A stretch of 26,420 nucleotides of DNA. It comes from Candidatus Fraserbacteria bacterium (lineage in GTDB: Bacteria; Bipolaricaulota; Bipolaricaulia; RBG-16-55-9; JANLFV01). The stretch lies in the NCBI GenBank assembly GCA_037446135.1, contig JBBIJD010000018.1, positions 1 to 26,420 on the forward strand, written 5' to 3'. A program made the position numbers and the translations under genes. Below the pieces are notes generated by a model. That model was given only the letters and a program-made list of their open reading frames with translations, was not told the origin of the DNA and searched no databases. This document shows, in pieces, positions 1 through 8,426 of the stretch (position 1 is its first letter; every line of letters begins with the position of its first letter).

Positions 1-238
1 TCGGGTCGACCAGCGGCGAAAGGGCCGGCTCGGCCTCGGGGAAGATCAACTCGATTCCCTTGACCACCAACTGGCCGAGCCCGTGAGCGATGGAGTAGAG
101 GAAGGCCAGGATCTGATCGAGGAGCTCCTTCGCCCCTTCCGTCTCTCCCCCCGCTTGAGCAGCCCATACAGACACGGTGAGCCCGCAGAGCAAGACCAGG
201 ACTAGAGCCGCACCCAAGGCCAGCATAGCTCTTGTCAT
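1..238 (-). CDS. Hypothetical membrane/exported protein, 3' end outside the window
   Basis: Manual translation from ATG 238: MTRAMLALGAALVLVLLCGLTVSVWAAQAGGETEGAKELLDQILAFLYSIAHGLGQLVVKGIELIFP..., open to the window edge. GGAGG SD upstream. Signal-peptide-like N-terminus. Not in the ORF track. Confidence 0.75.
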   Translation of the reverse strand, partial: MTRAMLALGAALVLVLLCGLTVSVWAAQAGGETEGAKELLDQILAFLYSIAHGLGQLVVKGIELIFPEAEPALSPLVDP

Positions 239-279
239 TTGCCTCGCCTCCCTCCGTCCGGCTACTATGGCCGCCGCCG

Positions 280-288
280 ATTATAGCA
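280..288 (-). promoter_or_regulatory. Extended -10 promoter element (TG-C-TATAAT) for the gene at 1-238
   Basis: Plus-strand attatagca reads TGCTATAAT on the minus strand, about 40 nt upstream of ATG 238. Confidence 0.55.
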
Positions 289-400
289 TGGTCGATCATG
301 CTGAGGGCTTCGCACGCTCTGCAAGTAGAAAATGGCGAGGAGAGAGGAGGAGCCTGCAGATTAGGCCCAGGCGCGCTGCTCGCCCCGGTCGGCCGGCGAT

Positions 401-420
401 TCTGTCATCCAAATTACAGA
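401..420. promoter_or_regulatory. Crp/Fnr-like palindromic site
   Basis: TCTGTCATCCAAATTACAGA has the core TGTcA-N6-TtACA (Crp consensus TGTGA-N6-TCACA). A TATGAT -10-like element follows at 435-440, upstream of the Crp-family gene. Confidence 0.4.
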
Positions 421-545
421 TATCCCGGGGCGAATATGATATGAAGGGGATGAGCGACGGTCATCAAAGGCGGGATGGCGCTTACTCGAAGAGCATGTGC
501 ATAGCCTTAAGGGGGCTAAAATCCCGGCCAGCGAAGGAGGTGGCG

Positions 546-1124
546 GTGGAAGGTGGACTCAAGGGAGCGACTCTCGATCGGCTGATTGTGCCTCATCTTG
601 GGGGAGCCCATAGCAAGCGGCTCGTCTATTCTAAAGGGGAGTATGTCTTCCTCCCCGGCGATCCGAGTGACACCGTCTATCTGATCATCAAAGGGCGGGT
701 GAAGCTCTCCTATCCCCGTCCCGGGCGAGAGGGGGAGCCACTGACTCTCTCCGTCCTCGGGGAGGGCGAGCTCTTCGGGGAGATGGCCTTAGTCGGGGCA
801 GAGCGGCGAGAGCTGATGGCTGAGGCCCTCGAGCGGACCTCGATCTGGGCTATCGAGAAGGAGGGCTTCCTCCGCCTCCTCCAGGGGAGCCCTTCCCTCG
901 CCCTCCAGGTCATGGAGCTATTTATTCGCCGGTTGCGGCTCCTCGAGGAAAGAGTGGTGGAGCTCCTCTTCCATGACCCGCTCGCCCGGCTCGGGCTCCT
1001 CCTCAGCCAAGACTCCCGAGGGGAGGATCTCCAGGAGGCGGATCTCTTGAGGTTGATCAGGGTGGCGATGGGCGAGAGAGCCATTGCCACCCCTCTCCCT
1101 CAAAGCTGCCCCTCCGAGGATTGA
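546..1124 (+). CDS. Crp/Fnr-family cyclic-nucleotide-binding domain protein, apparently lacking the C-terminal HTH
   Basis: cNMP-binding signatures YSKGEYVFLPGDPSDTVYLIIKGRVKL, GEGELFGEMAL and R..MAEALE, then the C-helix and DPLARL. Start moved to GTG 546, after SD AAGGAGG (534-540); the ORF track gives 177. Confidence 0.85.
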   Translation: MEGGLKGATLDRLIVPHLGGAHSKRLVYSKGEYVFLPGDPSDTVYLIIKGRVKLSYPRPGREGEPLTLSVLGEGELFGEMALVGAERRELMAEALERTSIWAIEKEGFLRLLQGSPSLALQVMELFIRRLRLLEERVVELLFHDPLARLGLLLSQDSRGEDLQEADLLRLIRVAMGERAIATPLPQSCPSED

Positions 1125-1694
1125 TCAGCCCCGCAGCAGAAGGATCATAGCCCCGGCCGCCAGGACCACCAGGCCGAGGGCGAGCCAGAGGATCATTCGC
1201 TCCTGAGCCTGTCTCTTCTTGATCTCCTTGATTGCCGAGGCGAGGGCGACCGCCCCGCGGAGGACCCCTTGGGAGAAGTTCCCCGCCCGGAACTGCGGCA
1301 TGATCTCCTGCTCCATGATCTCCTGGAGCTTCGCGTCCGTGAGAGAATGGGAGAGCCGTGCCCCGGGCTCGAGCCGGACCTTCCCGTCCTGGACCGCGAT
1401 GAGGAATAGGAGGTCATCGGGGGAGAGGCCCCACTCGCGGAAGACCGTGCTGCTATAATCGGCCAGGCCGAGAGGGGAGGTGGTCTCGACTGTCAGGATC
1501 ACCAGCTTGCTCCCGTATTTATCCTCCAGCGCCCCGGCCAGGAGCCCAACGGCCAGCTCGGTCTTGGGATCAACGATCTCGGCGTAGTCCGAGACATAGC
1601 CCCTCTCCTCAGGGATCTGGACTTCTTCGCTTTTCACCGCGAGGCTAGGGATAACGAGCAGCACCAGGACCACTCCTGAAAGGATTTTCTTCAT
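1125..1694 (-). CDS. TPM (DUF477) domain membrane protein
   Basis: Signal peptide; motifs GYVSDYAEIV, LVILTVETT, LLFLIAVQDGKVRLEPG and IMPQFRAGNFSQG; C-terminal TM helix; SD AGGAGG. Confidence 0.88.
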   Translation of the reverse strand: MKKILSGVVLVLLVIPSLAVKSEEVQIPEERGYVSDYAEIVDPKTELAVGLLAGALEDKYGSKLVILTVETTSPLGLADYSSTVFREWGLSPDDLLFLIAVQDGKVRLEPGARLSHSLTDAKLQEIMEQEIMPQFRAGNFSQGVLRGAVALASAIKEIKKRQAQERMILWLALGLVVLAAGAMILLLRG

Positions 1695-1833
1695 TATCTC
1701 CTCCTAAGGACCCTGCCCGACCTGACCTGATCCGATTATAGTCCAAGGCCGCCCGAGGCGGTCAACCGGGGTGGGGCGGGCCAAGGCCAGCAAGAGTTGC
1801 TCGTGGGATAGCGGGCAATTAAGATCGGGGAAG

Positions 1834-2766
1834 ATGGGATTCTGCCGAGGCCGGCGGAGGCTGAGGTCGGGCTTGGGCTCGATCGTCCTGCTCATTCTAG
1901 TGGTCGCAGCGATCGCTGCGGTCTACATCGAGCGGCAGGCCGGGGAGCGGAGCGCGAGATACATCGAGCGGGCGGAGCTCTTCGCCCTGGCCTTCGCCGA
2001 CCGGGCCGCGCTCTACCTCTCCGAAGGGAAGATCGAGGAGCTCCGGCTCCTCGCCCAGACGGTCGCCCTGGGGAACACCCTCTACATCCAGGTCTACGCG
2101 GAAGGCCGACTGATCCTCGATGAGCGCGGCCCATTGGCCGAGGGGCTGGAATTGGCCCCGATCCCGAGCGAGCCATCCCCCACGACCGCCTCCCTAGAGC
2201 GCCGTTCCTCCTCCGGAAGGCTGCACTACCTGGAGATCGTCCGCCCGCTCCCCCGGCTCGGCTCGATCGCTACCGAAGGCCATGTCCGTCTGGGGACCTC
2301 GCTCGAGCCGTTGGAGAGGGAGCTCGGCAGCGAGGCCCTGTTCATCGCCGGCCTGAGCCTGGCCCTCATCCTCCTGGGGGCGGCCTTGATCCTCTACTTC
2401 ACCAGACCGCTGGTCCGCCGGGCAGCGAGTCCGGCGGAAGTCGAGGTCAAAGCCTCTGCTCGAGCTTCCGCCTCCCCTCCGGCCCTGGTGCTCGATGACG
2501 CAGCCAAGCGGGTCCTCCTCCGCGGCCGGGAGGTCGAGCTCTCCCCGAGGGAGTATGAGTTGCTCAGGCTCCTAGCTTCCGCGCCGGGGCGGGTCTTCTC
2601 CGACCGCGAGATCCTCGAGGCGGTCTGGAAGGGCCAAGGCTTCGCTACGGCCAAGGATGTGAAGCAATATATCTACCTGCTCCGGAGGAAGCTGGAACAG
2701 GACCCGCGGAATCCCGAGCTGATCCTCACCGTCCGGGGGTTCGGCTACAAATTGAATCGGATTTGA
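1834..2766 (+). CDS. Membrane-anchored transcriptional regulator: 2 TM helices, extracytoplasmic domain, C-terminal OmpR/PhoB-type winged helix (Trans_reg_C)
   Basis: TM1 SIVLLILVVAAIAAVYI and TM2 LFIAGLSLALILLGAALILYF. C-terminus ELSPREYELLRLLASAPGRVFS..EILEAVW...YIYLLRRKLEQDPRNPELILTVRGFGY. No receiver domain. Start uncertain (ATG 1834 chosen; ORF track gives 1771). Confidence 0.85.
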   Translation: MGFCRGRRRLRSGLGSIVLLILVVAAIAAVYIERQAGERSARYIERAELFALAFADRAALYLSEGKIEELRLLAQTVALGNTLYIQVYAEGRLILDERGPLAEGLELAPIPSEPSPTTASLERRSSSGRLHYLEIVRPLPRLGSIATEGHVRLGTSLEPLERELGSEALFIAGLSLALILLGAALILYFTRPLVRRAASPAEVEVKASARASASPPALVLDDAAKRVLLRGREVELSPREYELLRLLASAPGRVFSDREILEAVWKGQGFATAKDVKQYIYLLRRKLEQDPRNPELILTVRGFGYKLNRI

Positions 2767-2806
2767 CCGGCTCTTGATTCCCTTTTGACCGGAGACCGCT
2801 TAGCCT
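2762..2806 (+). promoter_or_regulatory. Three 11-bp-phased direct repeats (candidate OmpR/PhoB-type box) plus a -10-like element
   Basis: TTGACC 2763, TTGATT 2774, TTGACC 2785; repeats 1 and 3 extend to TTTGACCGG. TAGCCT at 2801-2806 begins 10 nt after the last repeat. Confidence 0.65.
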
Positions 2807-2826
2807 CCCAACTGGAGGTGAGGATC

Positions 2827-3396
2827 GTGAAGGCAGACCCAATTCTGAAGGTCAAGGCCGGGGCTCTGGCATTCTCCCTCTTGCTCCTCGGTTCGTTGCT
2901 CTCGTTCGGGGGCCAGGGCCAACCCCCGGCAGAGCTGGTGAGGCTGGTGGATCGGCTGGCAGGCCAATTGGATATCGCCATTCAGCACGCGGTGTTAGGC
3001 CGGCTGGCCGCCGACTTGGGGGACCTCAAGGTCCAGGCCCATCAGGTCCTCAATGTCCTCGTCGGACGGGGCGGGCCGGGGTATGATCCGCGGTTCGGGG
3101 ACCCCGGAGATGGGGTGGGACTGATCAGCTATGCCCAGCAGCTCGGCCGGGCAGTGGCCGACCTAGAGCCGAGCTACAAGCTGATCGTCGCGAATATCCT
3201 CTTCTTCAGCGACTCAGCCGTCGCAGAGGTCCGGCTGAGCCTCCGGACGGGGAGGGAAGGCGAGGCCCGGGAGGGGCTCTACCGCGCTTTGGCCTTCCTC
3301 CTCAGTGCCCGCGGCTGCCCCGGGGACCTCCCGAGTGAGGGCGGGGTGAGGACGCTCCTGTGGCTTCTGGCTCAAGGAGGGCCAGCCTCGCCCTGA
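2827..3396 (+). CDS. Exported helical hypothetical protein
   Basis: GTG 2827 after SD GGAGGTG. Hydrophobic signal/TM (ALAFSLLLLGSLLSFGG). Amphipathic helices around HQVLNVLVGRGGPGYDPRFGDPGDGVG. Confidence 0.7.
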   Translation: MKADPILKVKAGALAFSLLLLGSLLSFGGQGQPPAELVRLVDRLAGQLDIAIQHAVLGRLAADLGDLKVQAHQVLNVLVGRGGPGYDPRFGDPGDGVGLISYAQQLGRAVADLEPSYKLIVANILFFSDSAVAEVRLSLRTGREGEAREGLYRALAFLLSARGCPGDLPSEGGVRTLLWLLAQGGPASP

Positions 3397-3479
3397 CCTG
3401 AACCTGATGGGGTGGGCCAGTCCGGTTCGGCGGTGTGAGCGAGAAGCGAAAGGAATAAGGAAAGGAGGAGTAGATCAAG

Positions 3480-6400
3480 ATGGAGATGGGAACGGCCCGG
3501 AAGATCTTCTTAACCCTAGCTCTGGTCGTTGTGCTGGCCGCTATAGCCTTGAGCGGGGATGTGATCAGTCCGGTCGATCAGAGCGAATATTACCGGGGGA
3601 CTCCGGAGGAGTGCCGGACCACCGTCGAGCTCCGAGGCTCCACTCAGGCCGACTTCATGGAGGGGATCCCCCTCGAACTGGGCTCGCCTATCACGCCGCT
3701 TTATTTTGCCATCGGGGTCCACATCGAGCCTCATCGGGAGTATCTTGACGAGCAGCGGTATCGACTGGACCGCGAGCGGCTCTTGAAGCTGGCTGAATTG
3801 GTCGAGCGCCACGGCGGGCGGCTCACGATCCAGGCCCAGAGCCCCTTCACCACGGAGGCCCTCCAGCTCGGGGATCAACTCTTCCGGGAGCTGGCCGAGC
3901 AGGGCCATGAGCTCGCCCTCCACTTCCACGAGGATGCCCATCTACCCGGCGCTAATGGCCGCCCGGTGGGCGATTGGGTCGCGGCCCTCCGCCGAGAGAT
4001 CGGGCTGATCGAGCGGCTGAGCGGGAGGCCGGTAGAGACCTGGAGCGGCGGGAACCTCTATCGGCATCTCTTCGAGGCCGCGGCCCAGGCCGGACTGAAG
4101 GTCAATATCAACTACAAGGACCCCCGGACCCAGGGGATCGACCCGCGGTTCTTGATCCTGACCCCTTGGCGGCCCGCGGGGGCCGAGTCCATCGAAGCGC
4201 GGACGAGCCATGACCCTGCGGGGCCGATCATCTACATCCCTTCAGGGGTCTGGCCCGCCCATTGCCCCGGCGCGGAGGCCGTCCCCCACCCCTACAACTA
4301 CGCGGCTCTCGACTATGTCACCGTCGCCTTGCGCAGCTCCTTGAACGCCCTGGCCGAAGGGAAGGTTAATACTTTCATCGCCACCGTCCATCCCGGCGAC
4401 TTCGCCGGCCCGGAGGACGATGAACAGGAGCTTGCGGTCTGGGAAGAGTGGCTCACTAAGGTCATCGACCCTCTGGCGGCCAGCGGCCGGCTCCGCTGGG
4501 GGACGACCAGCGAGATGGCCCGGGCATTCGAGAGCTGGGAGGCCGCTCAAGTTCAAGCCCAGCTCCGGCAAGAGGCCGGGGCCGGGCTCGTCTCCGGCCC
4601 GCCGCCGGCCCAGAACCTGATCCTCATCTCCTGGGACGGGGTCCAGCGGGCCCACCTGATGGAGCTCTCCGGTCAGGGCCTCCTCCCCAACCTGGCCGCC
4701 TTGGCTCAGCAGGGGACGGCGCTCCCAATGGCGATCGCCGATCACGCTACTGACACTAAGGCCGGCCATGCCGAGATGCTCTCCGGCTACGGACCTGAAG
4801 TTACGGGTGTCTACAGCAACCTGCGGTATCAGGCGATCCCTGAGGGGCTCACGCTCTTCGAGCGGCTGAAAGGGGCTTTCGGCCCACAGATCGCCACGAT
4901 CGCGATCACCGGGAAGCGCACCAACCTCATCGAGATCTTGCCGAACGCCCTCCCCGAGCTGGACTTCGCCCTCATCCGCAATGCCACCGCTGAGCAAAAC
5001 GGCCCGGTGATGTTATGGGCCCTCGAATCCCTGCGGGATCGGCCGTTCTTCGCCTTCTTCCACTTCAGCGATCCCGATCATGCCGGCCATGCCTACGGCG
5101 AGAACTCAAGGGAGTATTCAGCGGCGATAAGGCTCTGCGACCATTGGCTAGGGGAGATCATGGCCAAGCTCAGGGAGCTGGGGATCTCCGAGAAGACCCT
5201 AATCTATGTGACCACTGATCATGGGTTCGACGAGGGCAGGAAGAGCCATCTCAATGCCCCCGAGATCTGGCTGGTGACCGATGATCCCTCAGTGACCCAG
5301 ACTCAGAGTAGATCCGCCGAGCAGCGGGACATCGCCCCCACGATCCTGGAGCGGTTCGGATTCGAGCTCGATCAGATCGAGCCTCCGCTGTCGGGGCGGT
5401 CGTTGCTCTCAGGGGCGGGGCCAATTCCTTCAGTCACATCGAGTCAGGAGACGGGCGACGGCAGGGCCTACGATATGGGTTGGGAGGCCGCGACGACCGC
5501 ATCTTTGAATGCCGAAGAGCCCGTCTATGTCACGATCATGACCCATGTGGAGGGGGACCGCGCCGCGCCGGAGGGCTCCCCCTGCACGGACGAGCTCTTC
5601 TATCAGACCGCGCCGCTCCCCCCGCCCGGGAGACTGCCCCAAAGGAACTCCTTCGCCCTAGATGTTGCAGGCACCGAACTTTTGCACGAGATCCTCCAGC
5701 GATATACGGACTCCTTCGGCGGGAAGCCGAGGCTGTTCATCGAGCCCGCGGGCGAGTTCTGGCAGACCGAGGCCGATCCGGTCTACGGCGGGAAGCTCTT
5801 CCGGAAATATGATTGGCTCGAGCTGGGGTATGAGTTCGGCATTCAAGGCCACGGGATCTACTATTCAGGCCAGGGCTCCTGCTGGTATGAGAGCCCTCGC
5901 ACAGAAGAGGGCATCCGGCGGAAGCTCACGGATCTCCACCGCTTTGCTGAGCAGGTCTATCACGACGGCCAGAAGGTGAACGCCGGCCTGACGCTCACCC
6001 CGGGGGCCAAGATCGAGGGGCCCGTGATCGGGCGCGCGCGGGCCGAGTGGGTCTATGACCATGTGGCTTATGAGCTGGGCTACCGCATCAGCTTCGAGGA
6101 CCACGACGGCCACTTAGAGGATGAGCCCCCCGGCATCGACAACTCCCGCGCCTCGTATTACCTCTACGAGGCGGACTACGGCGACGGGGTGAAGATGCTC
6201 AAGATTGACTTTAACGGGAGTGTGAGGGCCGATTGTCGGGGGAACACCCCGCGGTGCGAGACCCCTGAGGAGGCGATCGCCCGGCTCGATCGGACCCTGG
6301 CCGCCCGGGCCCAGGACCCCGATCCCGGCCGCGTTTACTACTTTGCCTTCACGGTCCACTCCAACGGGGTCTGGACTGATTTCCACATGAAGGAGGCGGG

Positions 6401-6524
6401 GCTCCCCATGAGGGGCGAGGGTGCCGGGCTCACCCAACTCATGGAGGCGATCCAAGAGCGGGTAAATGCCGGGGCCAAGATCAAGTTCGTCACCCCCGGC
6501 GAGCTTGAGGAGGTCTATCAATAG
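3480..6524 (+). CDS. Large exported multidomain hydrolase: polysaccharide-deacetylase-like barrel, alkaline-phosphatase-superfamily domain, second deacetylase-like barrel
   Basis: SD AAGGAGGAG and signal peptide. Domain 1: GVHIEP...GHELALHFHED. Domain 2: LISWDG, TDTKAGHAEMLSG, HFSDPDHAGH, TTDHG. Domain 3: MTHVEGD...GYEFGIQGHG...FTVH...KFVT. Confidence 0.75.
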   Translation: MEMGTARKIFLTLALVVVLAAIALSGDVISPVDQSEYYRGTPEECRTTVELRGSTQADFMEGIPLELGSPITPLYFAIGVHIEPHREYLDEQRYRLDRERLLKLAELVERHGGRLTIQAQSPFTTEALQLGDQLFRELAEQGHELALHFHEDAHLPGANGRPVGDWVAALRREIGLIERLSGRPVETWSGGNLYRHLFEAAAQAGLKVNINYKDPRTQGIDPRFLILTPWRPAGAESIEARTSHDPAGPIIYIPSGVWPAHCPGAEAVPHPYNYAALDYVTVALRSSLNALAEGKVNTFIATVHPGDFAGPEDDEQELAVWEEWLTKVIDPLAASGRLRWGTTSEMARAFESWEAAQVQAQLRQEAGAGLVSGPPPAQNLILISWDGVQRAHLMELSGQGLLPNLAALAQQGTALPMAIADHATDTKAGHAEMLSGYGPEVTGVYSNLRYQAIPEGLTLFERLKGAFGPQIATIAITGKRTNLIEILPNALPELDFALIRNATAEQNGPVMLWALESLRDRPFFAFFHFSDPDHAGHAYGENSREYSAAIRLCDHWLGEIMAKLRELGISEKTLIYVTTDHGFDEGRKSHLNAPEIWLVTDDPSVTQTQSRSAEQRDIAPTILERFGFELDQIEPPLSGRSLLSGAGPIPSVTSSQETGDGRAYDMGWEAATTASLNAEEPVYVTIMTHVEGDRAAPEGSPCTDELFYQTAPLPPPGRLPQRNSFALDVAGTELLHEILQRYTDSFGGKPRLFIEPAGEFWQTEADPVYGGKLFRKYDWLELGYEFGIQGHGIYYSGQGSCWYESPRTEEGIRRKLTDLHRFAEQVYHDGQKVNAGLTLTPGAKIEGPVIGRARAEWVYDHVAYELGYRISFEDHDGHLEDEPPGIDNSRASYYLYEADYGDGVKMLKIDFNGSVRADCRGNTPRCETPEEAIARLDRTLAARAQDPDPGRVYYFAFTVHSNGVWTDFHMKEAGLPMRGEGAGLTQLMEAIQERVNAGAKIKFVTPGELEEVYQ

Positions 6525-6692
6525 GGGCCCGCCGGGCCGGAGACAGAGGCGGCAGTCACGCTCACTCACTATCGCACACATCGGCAGGGTCCACAGCAAC
6601 GCCTACCGGGCCCGGGATGGGAGCGGCCGAGCCGAGTTGCTCATTCGCTCATTCAATCACCCAGGCGGGGCTGGTCGGCTCCTCAAGCATTC

Positions 6693-6721
6693 TTGACCTT
6701 ATCGTCCGAGAGGGCTAGGTT
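6693..6721 (+). promoter_or_regulatory. Sigma70-type promoter for the lipocalin gene
   Basis: TTGACC (6693-6698), 17-nt spacer, TAGGTT (6716-6721), then SD GGAGGTG. Confidence 0.6.
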
Positions 6722-6742
6722 TGTTTGGCCGGAGGTGATGAG

Positions 6743-7294
6743 ATGCTGACCGACACAGCCTGGTGGATCCTGCTGCTTGGGGCGGGCGCGCTGGCATTGG
6801 CGTTGGCACTGACGCTCCAGGGCCCTGCCCCCGGACCGAAGGTGGTTCCTCAGGTGGACCTGGAGAGATACGCGGGCAGGTGGTATGCGATCGCCCATAT
6901 CCCCACCTGGTTCGAGCGGGGCTGCGCCTCAGGGACCACCGCTACCTATACCTTGCTCCCCGACGGGGCGATCGAGGTGGTGAACGAATGCTTCGATAGT
7001 CAAGGCCGGCGGAAGGTGGCCCGGGGGCGGGCCTGGCTGCCGAATCCCGATGAGCCGGCGAAGCTCAAGGTGAGCTTCTTCAAGCTCTTCGGGCGGTGGC
7101 TCTTCCCCGGGAACTACTGGATCTTGGCCCTCGGGCCGGACTATTCCTACGCGGTGGTGGGCGATCCCAAGAGGAGATACGGCTGGGTCTTAAGCCGCAC
7201 CCCTACCTTGCCGAAGGAGGCCCTCGAGGAGATCAAGGCGGCGCTCGCGGGACAGGGGTATGACTGGTCCAGATTCCGGCTTATCGACCAATGA
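6743..7294 (+). CDS. blc: Bacterial lipocalin (Blc family)
   Basis: VDLERYAGRWYAIA, TATYTL..DG.IEVVNEC, AKLKVSFF, YWILALGPDYSYAVVG, WVLSRTPTL. ATG 6743 after SD. Confidence 0.93.
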   Translation: MLTDTAWWILLLGAGALALALALTLQGPAPGPKVVPQVDLERYAGRWYAIAHIPTWFERGCASGTTATYTLLPDGAIEVVNECFDSQGRRKVARGRAWLPNPDEPAKLKVSFFKLFGRWLFPGNYWILALGPDYSYAVVGDPKRRYGWVLSRTPTLPKEALEEIKAALAGQGYDWSRFRLIDQ

Positions 7295-7345
7295 GGCGCG
7301 CCTCTTGCCCCTCCGGGCGCCGACATGTTACCCTAAAAGGCCAAG

Positions 7346-8371
7346 ATGAGCGGCCAGGAGCTGGAGATGGAATACCGCCCTTTGGGCCGGACCGGGGTGA
7401 TGGTCTCCGCCCTCTGCCTCGGGACGATGAACTTCGGGGGCGCCACCCCTGAGGAGGAGGCGGTCCGGATCATCCACAAGGCCCTGGATGCCGGGATCAA
7501 CTTCATCGATACTGCCAACATCTATACCGGAGGGGAGAGTGAGCGGCTCGTGGGGAAGGCCCTGGCCGGAGGCCGGCGCCAGCGGGTAATCCTGGCCACC
7601 AAGGTCCACTTCCCCCAATCGGAAGATCCCAACGACCAGGGGAACTCCCGTCGCCACATCATGATGGCGGTCGAGGACTCCCTCCGTCGGCTGCAGACTG
7701 ACTGGATCGACCTCTATCAGCTCCACCGGCCGGCCTTTGACATCCCCCAAGATGAGACCCTCCGTGCGCTCGATGACCTGGTCCGTCAGGGTAAGGTCCG
7801 CTACATCGGGAGCTCGACCTTCCCCGCCTGGCTGATCATGGAGGGGCTGGCGATCAGCGAGCGCTACGGCTGGGCCAGGTATGTCTCAGAGCAGCCGCCG
7901 TATAACCTGCTGGACCGGCGGGTCGAGAACGAACTGATCCCCCTCGCAAGGCGCTACAACCTGGCGATCCTCCCTTGGTCCCCGCTGGCGATGGGCTTGC
8001 TCGCCGGGCGGTATGACCGGGCCGATCGGTTCCCCCCGGACTCGCGGGCCGCCCGGCCTGGGGCGAGGATCTACGCCGAGAGAGTGACCGCCCGGGCGGT
8101 CGCGACCGCCAAGAGGTTCGTCGAGCTGGCAAGAGCCCACGGCTATGAGCCGGCCCAGTTGGCCCTCCTCTGGCTCAAGGGGCAGCCGGGGGTGACCTCC
8201 CCGATCATCGGCCCGCGGACCGAGGAGCACCTGGAGACGGCCCTCGGAGCACTGGGGAAGGAGCTGGATCAGGAGACCGCCGCCGCGCTGGACGGGCTCG
8301 TCCCCCCCGGGAGCGCGGTGGCCGACTTCCACAACACCAGCGGCTGGATGAAGATGAAGCTCCCCTCCTGA
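7346..8371 (+). CDS. Aldo/keto reductase
   Basis: [33 protein letters not shown] (catalytic D/Y), [29 protein letters not shown]. Alternative start ATG 7367. Confidence 0.95.
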   Translation: MSGQELEMEYRPLGRTGVMVSALCLGTMNFGGATPEEEAVRIIHKALDAGINFIDTANIYTGGESERLVGKALAGGRRQRVILATKVHFPQSEDPNDQGNSRRHIMMAVEDSLRRLQTDWIDLYQLHRPAFDIPQDETLRALDDLVRQGKVRYIGSSTFPAWLIMEGLAISERYGWARYVSEQPPYNLLDRRVENELIPLARRYNLAILPWSPLAMGLLAGRYDRADRFPPDSRAARPGARIYAERVTARAVATAKRFVELARAHGYEPAQLALLWLKGQPGVTSPIIGPRTEEHLETALGALGKELDQETAAALDGLVPPGSAVADFHNTSGWMKMKLPS

Positions 8372-8426
8372 TGAGAGGCAGGGCAAAGCCGAGCTCCGCG
8401 GCCCTCCCTACTCCGCCGGGCTTTCC

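Noticed and set aside
470..530. Riboswitch upstream of the Crp-family gene (TAGCC...GGCTA hairpin)
   Set aside because: Only a short stem; no aptamer consensus I recognise.
177..545. N-terminal extension of the Crp-family ORF (and similar long starts at 11041, 25044, 17381, 17905)
   Set aside because: They overlap opposite-strand genes or promoters; better SD-led or family-consistent starts lie downstream.
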